Shown piece by piece: positions 28,369 to 39,042 of a stretch of DNA of 64,000 bases. The notes beneath the pieces were generated by a model. It had not been told where the DNA came from, did no database searches, and was given only the letters and a program-made list of their open reading frames with translations. This stretch comes from an uncultured Rikenellaceae bacterium (GTDB taxonomy: Bacteria > Bacteroidota > Bacteroidia > Bacteroidales > VadinHA17): NCBI GenBank assembly GCA_964446825.1, contig CAYUQR010000001.1, forward strand, positions 94,767 through 158,766. The letters are read 5' to 3'. The first letter of the stretch is position 1, and every line of letters begins with the position of its first letter. The translations under genes were made by a program, and so were the position numbers.

Positions 28369-28558
28369 GGGGATAAAGGATTTTGCCCGATACTCGGGCC
28401 TGGCATTCCAGATGGCAGGCATCATACTGGTTACTGTGTGGGGTGGAACCAAACTTGATAAACTGGCAGGATTCGAAAAGCCTGTTTTTACAATAATACT
28501 TTCACTTTTAGGGGTTTTTGCAGCAATATACACTGCAGTGAAAGATTTCATTAAGTGA
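28316..28558 (+). CDS. AtpZ/AtpI-like small membrane protein
   Basis: 'FARYSGLAFQMAGIILVTVWGGTKLDK' plus a second TM. Sits at the head of the atp operon. Its ATG at 28316 (or GTG at 28301) lies inside the bactofilin 3' end, overlapping it by 53-68 nt. Confidence 0.6.
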   Translation: MEELQSSKKKSPKNSENKGIKDFARYSGLAFQMAGIILVTVWGGTKLDKLAGFEKPVFTIILSLLGVFAAIYTAVKDFIK

Positions 28559-28565
28559 TCTGCTT

Positions 28566-28952
28566 TTGAAGCGTTTTTTAAAGTATATATTATTTCTCTC
28601 TTTATTGAATGTTCTGGTTATCTCAACAGGATATTTCCTTACAAAAATAGTAAAGCTCAACCTTGTATTCACAAATATTGTAATTCTTTCATTACTTTTT
28701 TCAGTAATTGGTATAGTCACTTTTGCTGTATTTCTAAGAGGCCAGAAAAGAGAACCGGCAAGTCAGACATTCCACAGCCTGGTTGCCATAAGCCTCAAGT
28801 TCCTTCTTGAGATAGGATTAGCTCTCATTTGGTTTATTGTTGCTAAAAAAAACTCCGTGCAATCGCTTTTAATATTTTTTGTTATATATTTAACACTCAC
28901 TTTGTATTCTATACTGGTTATATTAAAAATTCTGAAAGACAGATCTTTGTAA
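28566..28952 (+). CDS. Hypothetical 4-TM membrane protein upstream of atpB
   Basis: Hydrophobic 128-codon ORF in operon position. It has a TTG start and no internal Met codon at all, so coding status rests only on hydropathy and context. Confidence 0.45.
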   Translation: MKRFLKYILFLSLLNVLVISTGYFLTKIVKLNLVFTNIVILSLLFSVIGIVTFAVFLRGQKREPASQTFHSLVAISLKFLLEIGLALIWFIVAKKNSVQSLLIFFVIYLTLTLYSILVILKILKDRSL

Positions 28953-28965
28953 AACAAATAATGGT

Positions 28966-30027
28966 TTGAAAACAAATATTCTGATTGGTTTATTATCCTT
29001 TTTTCTGCTTGCCGGAAATAATGTTTCTGTCTTTGGACAGGAAAGCCAGGACAAAGGAGAAGGTCCTGAAAAATTTAAAGCAAATACATTTATCCTGGAG
29101 CATATTACCGACTCACATGAATGGCATATTTACACGAAAAAGAATGGAACGAGTGTGGCAATCTATCTTCCTGTAATTGTTTACAGCAAAGAAAAAGGAT
29201 TTTGCTTTTTTTCATCAAGGCGGCTGGCTGACAGCAAAGTTTACAATGGATTCAAAATTGAAGAGGAAGGGGACCAGAAAGGGAAAATCGTAACAGTTAA
29301 TATAAACGGACAGGCAGATGAAAAGAACCTTCCTCTCGATCTGTCGATAACAAAGACAGTTGTCGGCATGCTTGGTGCTGTCTTAATATGTCTTTTCCTG
29401 TTTCTGTCACTGGCGAGATCGTACAAGAAAACAGGGATCAGCGAACCGAAAGGGCTTCAAAGTTTCCTGGAACCGATAATCCTCTTTATCCGCGATGATA
29501 TTGCAGTACCTAATCTTGGTCATCATAAATATGAAAAATACATGCCATACCTGTTAACAGTATTTTTCTTTGTTCTTGTAAATAATATCATGGGCCTTAT
29601 TCCTTTCCCTCCTCCTTTCGGAGCAAATGTCACGGGAAACATAGCTGTTACCTTTACGCTTGCATTCTTTTCTTTTATGATTATACAATTCAGTGGTAAT
29701 AAAGCTTACTGGAGGCATATTTTTGCAACACCGGGAGTTCCGATATGGCTGCTGCCGATAATGATACCGGTGGAAATTATAGGGTTATTTGCCAAACCTT
29801 TTGCACTTATGATCCGATTGTTTGCAAATATGCTGGCAGGTCATATTATCGGCCTGAGTCTGATAGCTCTGATATTTATTTTTGGTACTCTGGCACTGGC
29901 CCCTGTTTCGATATTTTTTGTAATTTTTATGGATTTCATGGAGCTTCTTGTAGCATTTTTACAGGCTTATATATTTACCCTGCTTTCAGCATTATTTATT
30001 GGAATGGCTGTGCAGGAGAACCATTAG
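28966..30027 (+). CDS. atpB: F0F1 ATP synthase subunit a
   Basis: C-terminal 'RLFANMLAGH' with the essential Arg, plus 'FMELLVAFLQAYIFTLL'. Long N-terminal extension with a signal-like peptide. TTG start at 28966; the nearby ATG at 28961 hits a stop after 2 codons. Confidence 0.9.
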   Translation: MKTNILIGLLSFFLLAGNNVSVFGQESQDKGEGPEKFKANTFILEHITDSHEWHIYTKKNGTSVAIYLPVIVYSKEKGFCFFSSRRLADSKVYNGFKIEEEGDQKGKIVTVNINGQADEKNLPLDLSITKTVVGMLGAVLICLFLFLSLARSYKKTGISEPKGLQSFLEPIILFIRDDIAVPNLGHHKYEKYMPYLLTVFFFVLVNNIMGLIPFPPPFGANVTGNIAVTFTLAFFSFMIIQFSGNKAYWRHIFATPGVPIWLLPIMIPVEIIGLFAKPFALMIRLFANMLAGHIIGLSLIALIFIFGTLALAPVSIFFVIFMDFMELLVAFLQAYIFTLLSALFIGMAVQENH

Positions 30028-30258
<231 letters not shown>

Positions 30259-30273
30259 TAACTAACAGTTATT

Positions 30274-30309
30274 GAAGCCTGCAACGGTTGGTTGCAGTGC
30301 TTCTTTTTT
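30274..30309 (+). terminator. Intra-operon stem-loop with U-tract between atpE and atpF
   Basis: GAAGCCTGCAAC-GGTTG-GTTGCAGtGCTTC forms a 12-bp stem with one bulge, followed by TTTTTT. It lies 16 nt after the atpE stop. Confidence 0.55.
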
Positions 30310-30334
30310 AAGAAAATTGATAAAACTATGAAAT

Positions 30335-30850
30335 ATGATATTATTAGCTAACAGTCTGACAACGCCCGCCATAGGGACACTCTTCTGGTCAGTGCTCATC
30401 TTCAGCCTTTTCTTTCTTGTCCTCGCAAAATTCGCCTGGAAACCGATCCTCAATGCAGTTAAAGCACGCGATGAGATGATCAGGGGTTCTCTTGAATCAG
30501 CTGAAAGGGCCAAGGAAGAGATGTTAAAACTGCAAAGCGATAATGAGATTATCCTGCGCAAAGCAAGAGAAGAAAGGGAAGGCATACTTAAAGAAGCCAG
30601 GGAAGTCCGTGAGAAACTTATCTCAGAGGCCAAAGGAAAAGCATCGGAAGAAGCTGAAAAACTTATTGAGAAAGCCAGGGTCGGCATTGAGAGTGAAAAA
30701 CTTAAAGCACTTTCTGAAATTCATGAACAGGTAGCCACTATTTCAATAGAGATTGCCTCAAAACTACTGGGAGAAAAGCTTAAGCAGACGGGAGAGCAGG
30801 AAAAACTCATTGATAATTACCTGAAAGATATTGATTTCAAGAAGAATTAG
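30335..30850 (+). CDS. atpF: F0F1 ATP synthase subunit b
   Basis: N-terminal TM 'LFWSVLIFSLFFLVLAKFAWKPI' followed by a long charged coiled coil. Operon position fits. Confidence 0.9.
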   Translation: MILLANSLTTPAIGTLFWSVLIFSLFFLVLAKFAWKPILNAVKARDEMIRGSLESAERAKEEMLKLQSDNEIILRKAREEREGILKEAREVREKLISEAKGKASEEAEKLIEKARVGIESEKLKALSEIHEQVATISIEIASKLLGEKLKQTGEQEKLIDNYLKDIDFKKN

Positions 30851-30864
30851 GAAGAAAATCTATA

Positions 30865-31416
30865 ATGAACGACAGCAAAATATCGGTAAGGTACGCAAGA
30901 GCGTTATTCCAGTCGGCCCTGGAAAATAAGATCCTTGATAAAGTGAACCTCGACATGATCTTTATTGCAGAGATCTGCAAGAGTCCGGAAGCCAGGGAAT
31001 TGCTGCAGAGTCCGATAATTTTTCCCTCAAAGAAGAGCGCAATATTTCATAAAATTCTCGAAAACAATGTCGAGGAAATTACTCTTTCTCTTGTCGACCT
31101 TACGATAAAAAATGGAAGAGAAAGCTTCATTCCTGCTATTGCCAGGAATTTCGTACATGAAACAAAGAAATTCAAAGGTATTACGGAATCTGTCCTAACA
31201 ACTGCTATAAAAGTAGATTCTGAAATTAGAAAACAGATAACTGATCTTATATCGGAGGTTTTCGAAACCAGGGTTGAGCTTGAGGAAGTCATTGATAAAG
31301 AAATTATTGGAGGTTTCATTCTGAAAGTCGAGGATAATTACATTGACGCAAGCATCAGAAATAAACTGCGTAAAATAAAGAAAGAGCTCTTAGAGAGCTC
31401 ATTAACAAAGGGATAA
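30865..31416 (+). CDS. atpH: F0F1 ATP synthase subunit delta
   Basis: 'VRYARALF' N-terminus and 'GGFILKVEDNYIDASIRNKL' C-terminus typical of OSCP/delta. Confidence 0.85.
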   Translation: MNDSKISVRYARALFQSALENKILDKVNLDMIFIAEICKSPEARELLQSPIIFPSKKSAIFHKILENNVEEITLSLVDLTIKNGRESFIPAIARNFVHETKKFKGITESVLTTAIKVDSEIRKQITDLISEVFETRVELEEVIDKEIIGGFILKVEDNYIDASIRNKLRKIKKELLESSLTKG

Positions 31417-31458
31417 GGTATTATTTATAAATAATAAGGAATTTTAAGATAATTTAAT

Positions 31459-33042
31459 ATGGCAAATATTAAACCGGCAGAAGTCTCAAAAATTCTCAGG
31501 CAACAACTGGAAGGAATACAAACAGGTGTTGATCTGGAGGAAGTAGGGACAGTACTACAGGTTGGGGACGGGATCGCCCGTATATATGGACTTTCAAATG
31601 TGGAATCGAATGAGCTTATTGAGTTTGAAAACGGAATGGAAGCCATCGTTCTGAACCTCGAGGAAGACAATGTTGGGGCAGTGTTACTTGGACCCACGGA
31701 ATTAATAGACGAAGGAGACATTGTTAAAAGAACCGGGAGAATTGCGTCCATCGGGGTAGGTGAAGGCTTACTGGGAAGAGTTATAGATACCACCGGCCAA
31801 CCGCTTGACGGAAAGGGCCCGATAACAGGAGAACTTTATAATCTGCCAATGGAAAGAAAAGCTCCCGGCGTGATCTTCCGTCAGCCGGTTAAGCAGCCTC
31901 TTCAGACAGGTATTAAGGCGATAGATGCAATGATCCCTATTGGTCGCGGACAGAGGGAATTGATTATTGGCGACAGGCAAACAGGAAAAACTGCAATTGC
32001 TATCGACACAATTATCAATCAGCGAAGCAACTTTGAAGAAGGGAAACCTGTTTACTGTATTTATGTCGGGATAGGGCAAAAGGGATCCACTGTGGCAAAT
32101 ATTGCAGCCACGCTGGAAGAACACGGGGCAATGCAATACACGGTTATTGTTCTGGCAACAGCATCTGATCCGGCAGCTTCCCAGTTTTATGCTCCTTTTG
32201 CAGGTGCGGCTATCGGTGAGTTTTTTCGCGATACAGGCCGTGATGCTCTTATTATTTATGATGACCTTTCAAAGCAGGCGGTCTCATACAGGGAAGTGTC
32301 GCTTCTTTTACGCCGTCCGCCGGGTCGGGAAGCATATCCGGGCGACGTTTTCTACCTGCACTCACGACTGCTTGAGAGAGCAGCAAAAATTATAGAATCA
32401 GATGAGGTTGCCAGGAAAATGAATGACCTGCCCGAGGTGTTAAAGCCTATGGTGAAAGGAGGAGGCTCTCTTACGGCTCTTCCTATTATTGAAACCCAGG
32501 CCGGCGACGTATCTGCTTACATTCCGACAAACGTTATTTCTATAACCGACGGTCAGATATTTCTTGAATCAGCACTGTTCAATGCCGGTGTAAGGCCCGC
32601 AATTAATGTTGGTATTTCGGTTTCGAGGGTAGGAGGCAATGCACAGATAAAAGCCATGAAAAAGATTGCCGGGACACTGAAAGTTGACCAGGCACAGTAT
32701 CGCGAACTTGAAGCATTCTCAAAATTTGGGTCCGATCTTGATGCATCTACAATGGCCATCCTGAACAAAGGAGCCAGAAACGTTGAGATACTTAAACAGG
32801 CACAATATGCACCGGTTCCTGTTGAAAAACAGATTGCGATCATCTATTGCGGAACGATGGGACTGCTGAAAGATGTACCGGTTGATAACGTGAAAGCTTT
32901 TGAAAATGAATACCTTGAGATTCTGGATCTCCAACACAGAGATATACTTGACAAACTTAAAGAAGGATTGCTAAATGATGAAATTACGGACCTTCTGGAA
33001 AAAGTCGCTTCAGAGGTGATGTTAAAATACATACCGCAGTAA
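31459..33042 (+). CDS. atpA: F0F1 ATP synthase subunit alpha
   Basis: Walker A 'GDRQTGKT', '[21 protein letters not shown]', '[10 protein letters not shown]'. Confidence 0.97.
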   Translation: MANIKPAEVSKILRQQLEGIQTGVDLEEVGTVLQVGDGIARIYGLSNVESNELIEFENGMEAIVLNLEEDNVGAVLLGPTELIDEGDIVKRTGRIASIGVGEGLLGRVIDTTGQPLDGKGPITGELYNLPMERKAPGVIFRQPVKQPLQTGIKAIDAMIPIGRGQRELIIGDRQTGKTAIAIDTIINQRSNFEEGKPVYCIYVGIGQKGSTVANIAATLEEHGAMQYTVIVLATASDPAASQFYAPFAGAAIGEFFRDTGRDALIIYDDLSKQAVSYREVSLLLRRPPGREAYPGDVFYLHSRLLERAAKIIESDEVARKMNDLPEVLKPMVKGGGSLTALPIIETQAGDVSAYIPTNVISITDGQIFLESALFNAGVRPAINVGISVSRVGGNAQIKAMKKIAGTLKVDQAQYRELEAFSKFGSDLDASTMAILNKGARNVEILKQAQYAPVPVEKQIAIIYCGTMGLLKDVPVDNVKAFENEYLEILDLQHRDILDKLKEGLLNDEITDLLEKVASEVMLKYIPQ

Positions 33043-33070
33043 TCAGTTTTATCCGATAAATGAATTTTAA

Positions 33071-33955
33071 ATGCCGAATTTAAAAGCAATAAGGATCCGA
33101 ATAGTCTCTGTTAAGTCGACACGACAGATCACTTCAGCCATGAAAATGGTGTCTGCAGCTAAGTTGAGGAAGGCTCAGGATAAAATTGTGAGCCTGCGAC
33201 CTTATGCAAACAAATTACAGGAGATCCAGGTAAACCTCTCTCAGAGTCTTGCAGATTCTGAAATTGAAAATGTTTATGGCAGAGTTGCTTCTCCTGAGAA
33301 AATACTTATAGTAGTAGTGACCTCTAACAGAGGCCTTTGTGGAGCGTTTAACTCCAATGTTATAAAAGAAGCAAGAAGGATTATTTCGGAACAGTATAGT
33401 GAACAGTACGGAAAAGAGAATGTATCGATACTGACAATCGGTAAGAAAGGATTTGATTTCTTCAGGAAGTTCAATATAAACTTGCTTCCTGCACAGAATA
33501 ATCTTTTAAATGATCTTTCCTTTGATAGTGTAGCCAGTGTGGCTGAAGAAGTTATGAAAGGTTTTGTTTCCGGCGATTTTGACAGGGTGGAACTGATTTA
33601 TAACCGGTTTAAAAATGCAGCTGTACAAAACCTTACCAATGAATTGTTTTTACCGGTGGAATCTGTCCCTTCAGATGATATTAAAACACCTCCCATCGAT
33701 TATATTTATGAACCTGACAGGGTGAATATTATTAGAGAACTTATTCCTAAATCATTAAAGATACAATTTTATAAGGCGGTACTTAATTCATTTGTTGCAG
33801 AGCATGGCGCCAGGATGACTGCCATGCACAAAGCAACCGACAATGCAACACAGATGATAAAAGACCTGACACTTCAGTACAACAAAGCAAGACAGGCTGC
33901 AATAACTAACCAGATACTCGAGGTGGTTAGCGGCGCTGAAGCACTAAGAGGTTAA
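33071..33955 (+). CDS. atpG: F0F1 ATP synthase subunit gamma
   Basis: 'IRIVSVKSTRQITSAMKMVSAAKLRKAQ' and C-terminal 'ARQAAITNQILEVVSGAEAL'. Confidence 0.95.
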   Translation: MPNLKAIRIRIVSVKSTRQITSAMKMVSAAKLRKAQDKIVSLRPYANKLQEIQVNLSQSLADSEIENVYGRVASPEKILIVVVTSNRGLCGAFNSNVIKEARRIISEQYSEQYGKENVSILTIGKKGFDFFRKFNINLLPAQNNLLNDLSFDSVASVAEEVMKGFVSGDFDRVELIYNRFKNAAVQNLTNELFLPVESVPSDDIKTPPIDYIYEPDRVNIIRELIPKSLKIQFYKAVLNSFVAEHGARMTAMHKATDNATQMIKDLTLQYNKARQAAITNQILEVVSGAEALRG

Positions 33956-33989
33956 ATTTAATTGTTTGGCAGGATAGTATAAAAAAGTA

Positions 33990-34964
33990 ATGTACAATCA
34001 CACTGAACTTAAAGATTTAGTCGAAAAGGCTATTACTAACCTTTCGTATAATACGGAGGCTGAGAAGCTCATCGAGCCGGTGAAATACATCCTGTCAATA
34101 GGAGGTAAAAGACTAAGACCGGTACTTACCCTTATGGCATGCAACCTTTTTAATGACAAGATTGATGATGCAATAATGCCGGCAGCCGGGATAGAGGTTT
34201 TTCATAACTTCACCCTGGTACATGATGATATTATGGACCAGGCTCCGGTAAGAAGAAGCTTCCCGACAGTTCACTATAAATGGAATGTTAATCAGGCTGT
34301 CCTGTCTGGTGATGTTATGGCTTTTATTGCAAATGAATGCTTCCTGCAAACCCCGCCGCGATGTTTATTAAATGTGTTCAGAGTATTCAATAAAGCTGCT
34401 ATGGAAGTATGTGTCGGTCAGCAACTTGACATGGATTTTGAGAAAGCTTCAATAATTACCGAGAAAGAGTATTTACGTATGATCGAACTGAAAACCTCTG
34501 TTCTTCTTGCTGCTTCAGTAAAAATTGGGGCAATTATCGGAGGAGCTAAGGATAAAGATTCAGATCTCCTCTATGAGTTTGGAAGAAACCTTGGACTCGC
34601 TTTTCAGATACAGGATGATCTTCTGGATATTTATGGAGATGCTAAAGTATTCGGCAAAATTCCGGGTGGCGATATCATTTCCAATAAAAAAACATTTCTC
34701 CTGGTAAAAGCATTTGAATTAGCTACAGGCGAACAACTTAAAATGCTGCAGGAACAATTCTCGGAAATGGAATTTGATCCTGAAGTTAAAGTCAAAAAAG
34801 TAGTGGATTTGTACGATCATCTGGATATCAGAAAGGCTACGGAGAACCTGGCCAACGATTTCATCAAAACTTCTTTTGACCTGCTTGATAAAATTGATGT
34901 GGACAGGGAAAGAAAAAATGAACTGGAATCAGTTGTAAGTTCTCTAATCGGCAGGGATAAATAA
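33990..34964 (+). CDS. Polyprenyl diphosphate synthase (trans-IPPS family)
   Basis: First Asp-rich motif 'LVHDDIMD' and second 'QIQDDLLD'. Product chain length cannot be read from the sequence. Confidence 0.9.
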   Translation: MYNHTELKDLVEKAITNLSYNTEAEKLIEPVKYILSIGGKRLRPVLTLMACNLFNDKIDDAIMPAAGIEVFHNFTLVHDDIMDQAPVRRSFPTVHYKWNVNQAVLSGDVMAFIANECFLQTPPRCLLNVFRVFNKAAMEVCVGQQLDMDFEKASIITEKEYLRMIELKTSVLLAASVKIGAIIGGAKDKDSDLLYEFGRNLGLAFQIQDDLLDIYGDAKVFGKIPGGDIISNKKTFLLVKAFELATGEQLKMLQEQFSEMEFDPEVKVKKVVDLYDHLDIRKATENLANDFIKTSFDLLDKIDVDRERKNELESVVSSLIGRDK

Positions 34965-34965
34965 T

Positions 34966-35556
34966 CTACATGTTGCTGTTCTCATGTTTTTTAAGCCAGT
35001 CGATATTTATCAGAACAGCTGCATTTGCCATAAACTGGCCATACTTGCTCACAATATATTTTACTTCACCGCAAAAGTCGAATTTTTCTGTTATCTTAAC
35101 ATAAGTGCCTGCCCCTAAATTAAGTCCTATTGCATTATCAGAACCCGAAGAAACCGTTCCTAACCATTTTATCTTCACAAAAGTAATATTAATTCCTGCC
35201 ATGCCATAAAACTCGAACCTGTCAAGCGAATTGAAAACATAATGCTCGTTAACATCGAGCATCATTGAAGAGACCCTCGTTTTTTCACTATTCGAAGCTA
35301 TCTCAGGCTGATTGGTACGTGGAATAAAATAGGTAAAAGATGGAACAATGTGAAAGGGAAGCTTCATTTCATAAATCCCGGTAATAAATATCCCGGCAAA
35401 AGGACTCCTGTGCAAATCTGACAGCACACCTGTTTCGTTGTTAAAGTGAAATCCTGTTCCATAAGTCAGACCTCCTCCTGCTTTAGTAAACTGGGCATTC
35501 AGGGCATAAAAAGAAGAAATCACAATCAGAAATGTAACCAGAAGCTTTTTCATCAT
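34966..35556 (-). CDS. Small outer-membrane beta-barrel protein
   Basis: Signal peptide 'MMKKLLVTFLIVISSFYALNAQ' and an 8-10-strand-like alternating pattern. Its stop abuts the stop of the convergent polyprenyl synthase gene. Confidence 0.55.
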   Translation of the reverse strand: MMKKLLVTFLIVISSFYALNAQFTKAGGGLTYGTGFHFNNETGVLSDLHRSPFAGIFITGIYEMKLPFHIVPSFTYFIPRTNQPEIASNSEKTRVSSMMLDVNEHYVFNSLDRFEFYGMAGINITFVKIKWLGTVSSGSDNAIGLNLGAGTYVKITEKFDFCGEVKYIVSKYGQFMANAAVLINIDWLKKHENSNM

Positions 35557-35718
35557 GTTTAATTTTTGTTTATTAATGGGTAAAAACGCGCAATGGCATT
35601 AAAGATAAAAAATATTGTTAAACAGATCAATGAGAAAAAGTTGATTGGATACAAAGATGATGTAATTTGCGATACCGAATTTAAAAAGGCTTAAAACATT
35701 ATAAAACCCAAAAATTAT

Positions 35719-35726
35719 TAAATTTG
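35719..35726 (+). promoter_or_regulatory. Candidate -7 promoter box (TAnnTTTG) upstream of atpD
   Basis: TAAATTTG lies ~120 nt upstream of the atpD ATG. Single motif match only. Confidence 0.25.
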
Positions 35727-35839
35727 TATCATCTGTTTTTAAAATAACACTAATCGGGAGCCTTTCAGACTGATAGGAATTAAATACCGGGAAATAGATT
35801 ACTTGTTACAAAGAAATACTTGTACTCATTTAAAAATAA

Positions 35840-37357
<1,518 letters not shown>

Positions 37358-37366
37358 AGATATGTA

Positions 37367-37612
37367 ATGAAAATAGAAATTATCACACCTGACAGGAAGG
37401 TATTTGAAGGGGATATTAAATCAGTAAGAGTTCCCGGTAAAAAGGGATCTTTCCAGGTTTTAAAAGACCACGCCCCTATTGTGTCGACACTTGAAAGCGG
37501 AAATGTAATAATTGTTGACGAGGAGGGAAATGAGAAAATAGTTGAGATTGACGGTGGCGTAATTGAAGTTAAAGCAAACCGGATAATTCTTCTTGCTGAT
37601 GCAGCAAGATAA
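37367..37612 (+). CDS. atpC: F0F1 ATP synthase subunit epsilon (short form)
   Basis: N-terminal beta-sandwich 'IITPDRKVFEGDIKSVRVPGKKGSFQVLKDHAP'. Sits immediately after atpD. At 81 aa it lacks most of the C-terminal helical hairpin. Confidence 0.9.
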   Translation: MKIEIITPDRKVFEGDIKSVRVPGKKGSFQVLKDHAPIVSTLESGNVIIVDEEGNEKIVEIDGGVIEVKANRIILLADAAR

Positions 37613-37618
37613 AATGAC

Positions 37619-39037
37619 ATGAAACCTTACGAATTTAGAAAACATGCCCATGAGCTTGTTGACTGGATGGCAGACTACATGGAAAATGTTGAGAATTATC
37701 CGGTTAAATCATTAATTCAGCCGGGTGAGATTTTTGATAAGATACCCGACCAACCTCCCTCTCACCCTGAATCTTTCAGCGCTCTGATGAAAGATTTTAA
37801 AGAGATTATTATACCAGGGATCACCCACTGGCAAAACCCTAATTTTTTCGCATACTTCCCGGCAAATACAAGCCCTCCATCAGTGCTTGCCGAAATGCTA
37901 ATATCCGCCCTGGGAACGCAGTGTATGATCTGGGAGACCTCTCCTGCAGCTGCCGAACTCGAAGAAAAGATGATGATATGGCTCAGGGATATGATAAAGC
38001 TTCCTGGGAATTTTGAAGGTGTGATACAGGATTCCGCTTCCACGGCTACACTTGCTGCCATACTTACTGCCCGCGAAAAGAAAACTGGCTTTTCGGTCAA
38101 CCTTAATGGTGCCGATCAAGCCGGTACCCTGAGGGTCTACTGTTCTGAACAAACCCATTCCTCAGTAGAAAAAGCAGTGAAAATAAGTGGTATTGGAAAG
38201 AAAAACCTGGTTAAAATAGCTGTAAGAGAGGATTTTTCAATGGATCCCGAAATGCTGAGGAATAAAATTCTCAGCGATAAGGAAGCAGGTCTTGTACCTT
38301 GTTGTGTGGTGGCAACAATAGGTACAACAGGAACAACCGCCATTGACCCTTTAAGAGCAATAGGCGAGGTTTGCCACGAAAACGACATCTTCCTCCATAT
38401 TGATGCAGCAATGGCAGGTACTGCCCTTATTTTGCCCGAATTTCAATGGATGCTTGACGGCAGGGAATATATCGACAGTTTTGTTTTCAATCCTCATAAA
38501 TGGATGTTTACTAATTTTGACTGTACTGCCTATTTTGTAAAGGATGCAGGCGCTCTTATAAAAACTTTCGAGATCCTTCCTGAATATCTTAAAACACGGA
38601 CAAGAGGAAAAGTAAATGACTACAGGGATTGGGGAGTTCCTCTGGGGAGAAGGTTCAGAGCGCTGAAACTCTGGAGTGTAATACGTACATATGGCACTGA
38701 GGGTCTGCGGGAAAAAGTCCGGTATCATATACAAATTGCATCAGATCTTAAGAAGATGATATCAGAAGAGTCGGATTTTGAAATACTTGCACCGGTAGTT
38801 ATCAGTGTGGTATGTTTTCGTTACAGACCACATGGGTATAGCGAGGATCAGATAAATGCCTTAAATGAGAAACTTAACCACCAGTTAAATGATACCGGTA
38901 AATTGTACCTGAGCCATACCGTGTTAAATGGCAGATATACTCTAAGGATGGTAACTGCACAGACCAATGTTACCCTGCAACATGTGGAAAGAGCCTGGAA
39001 TCTTATCAGGACCATGGCAAGAAAATTAAAGGCCTGA
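37619..39037 (+). CDS. PLP-dependent aromatic-L-amino-acid decarboxylase family (group II)
   Basis: 'HWQNPNFFAYFP', 'DSASTATL' and the PLP-lysine motif 'FNPHKWMFTNFDC', typical of DDC/TDC-type decarboxylases. Confidence 0.9.
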   Translation: MKPYEFRKHAHELVDWMADYMENVENYPVKSLIQPGEIFDKIPDQPPSHPESFSALMKDFKEIIIPGITHWQNPNFFAYFPANTSPPSVLAEMLISALGTQCMIWETSPAAAELEEKMMIWLRDMIKLPGNFEGVIQDSASTATLAAILTAREKKTGFSVNLNGADQAGTLRVYCSEQTHSSVEKAVKISGIGKKNLVKIAVREDFSMDPEMLRNKILSDKEAGLVPCCVVATIGTTGTTAIDPLRAIGEVCHENDIFLHIDAAMAGTALILPEFQWMLDGREYIDSFVFNPHKWMFTNFDCTAYFVKDAGALIKTFEILPEYLKTRTRGKVNDYRDWGVPLGRRFRALKLWSVIRTYGTEGLREKVRYHIQIASDLKKMISEESDFEILAPVVISVVCFRYRPHGYSEDQINALNEKLNHQLNDTGKLYLSHTVLNGRYTLRMVTAQTNVTLQHVERAWNLIRTMARKLKA

Positions 39038-39042
39038 TAGGC

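Noticed and set aside
27957-28406. 149-aa ORF antisense to the bactofilin gene, and similarly 30262..30687 antisense to atpF and 31425..31793 antisense to the atpA 5' end
   Set aside because: Repetitive or charged coding sequence on the sense strand leaves open antisense frames. The sense-strand genes have strong family motifs and operon context.
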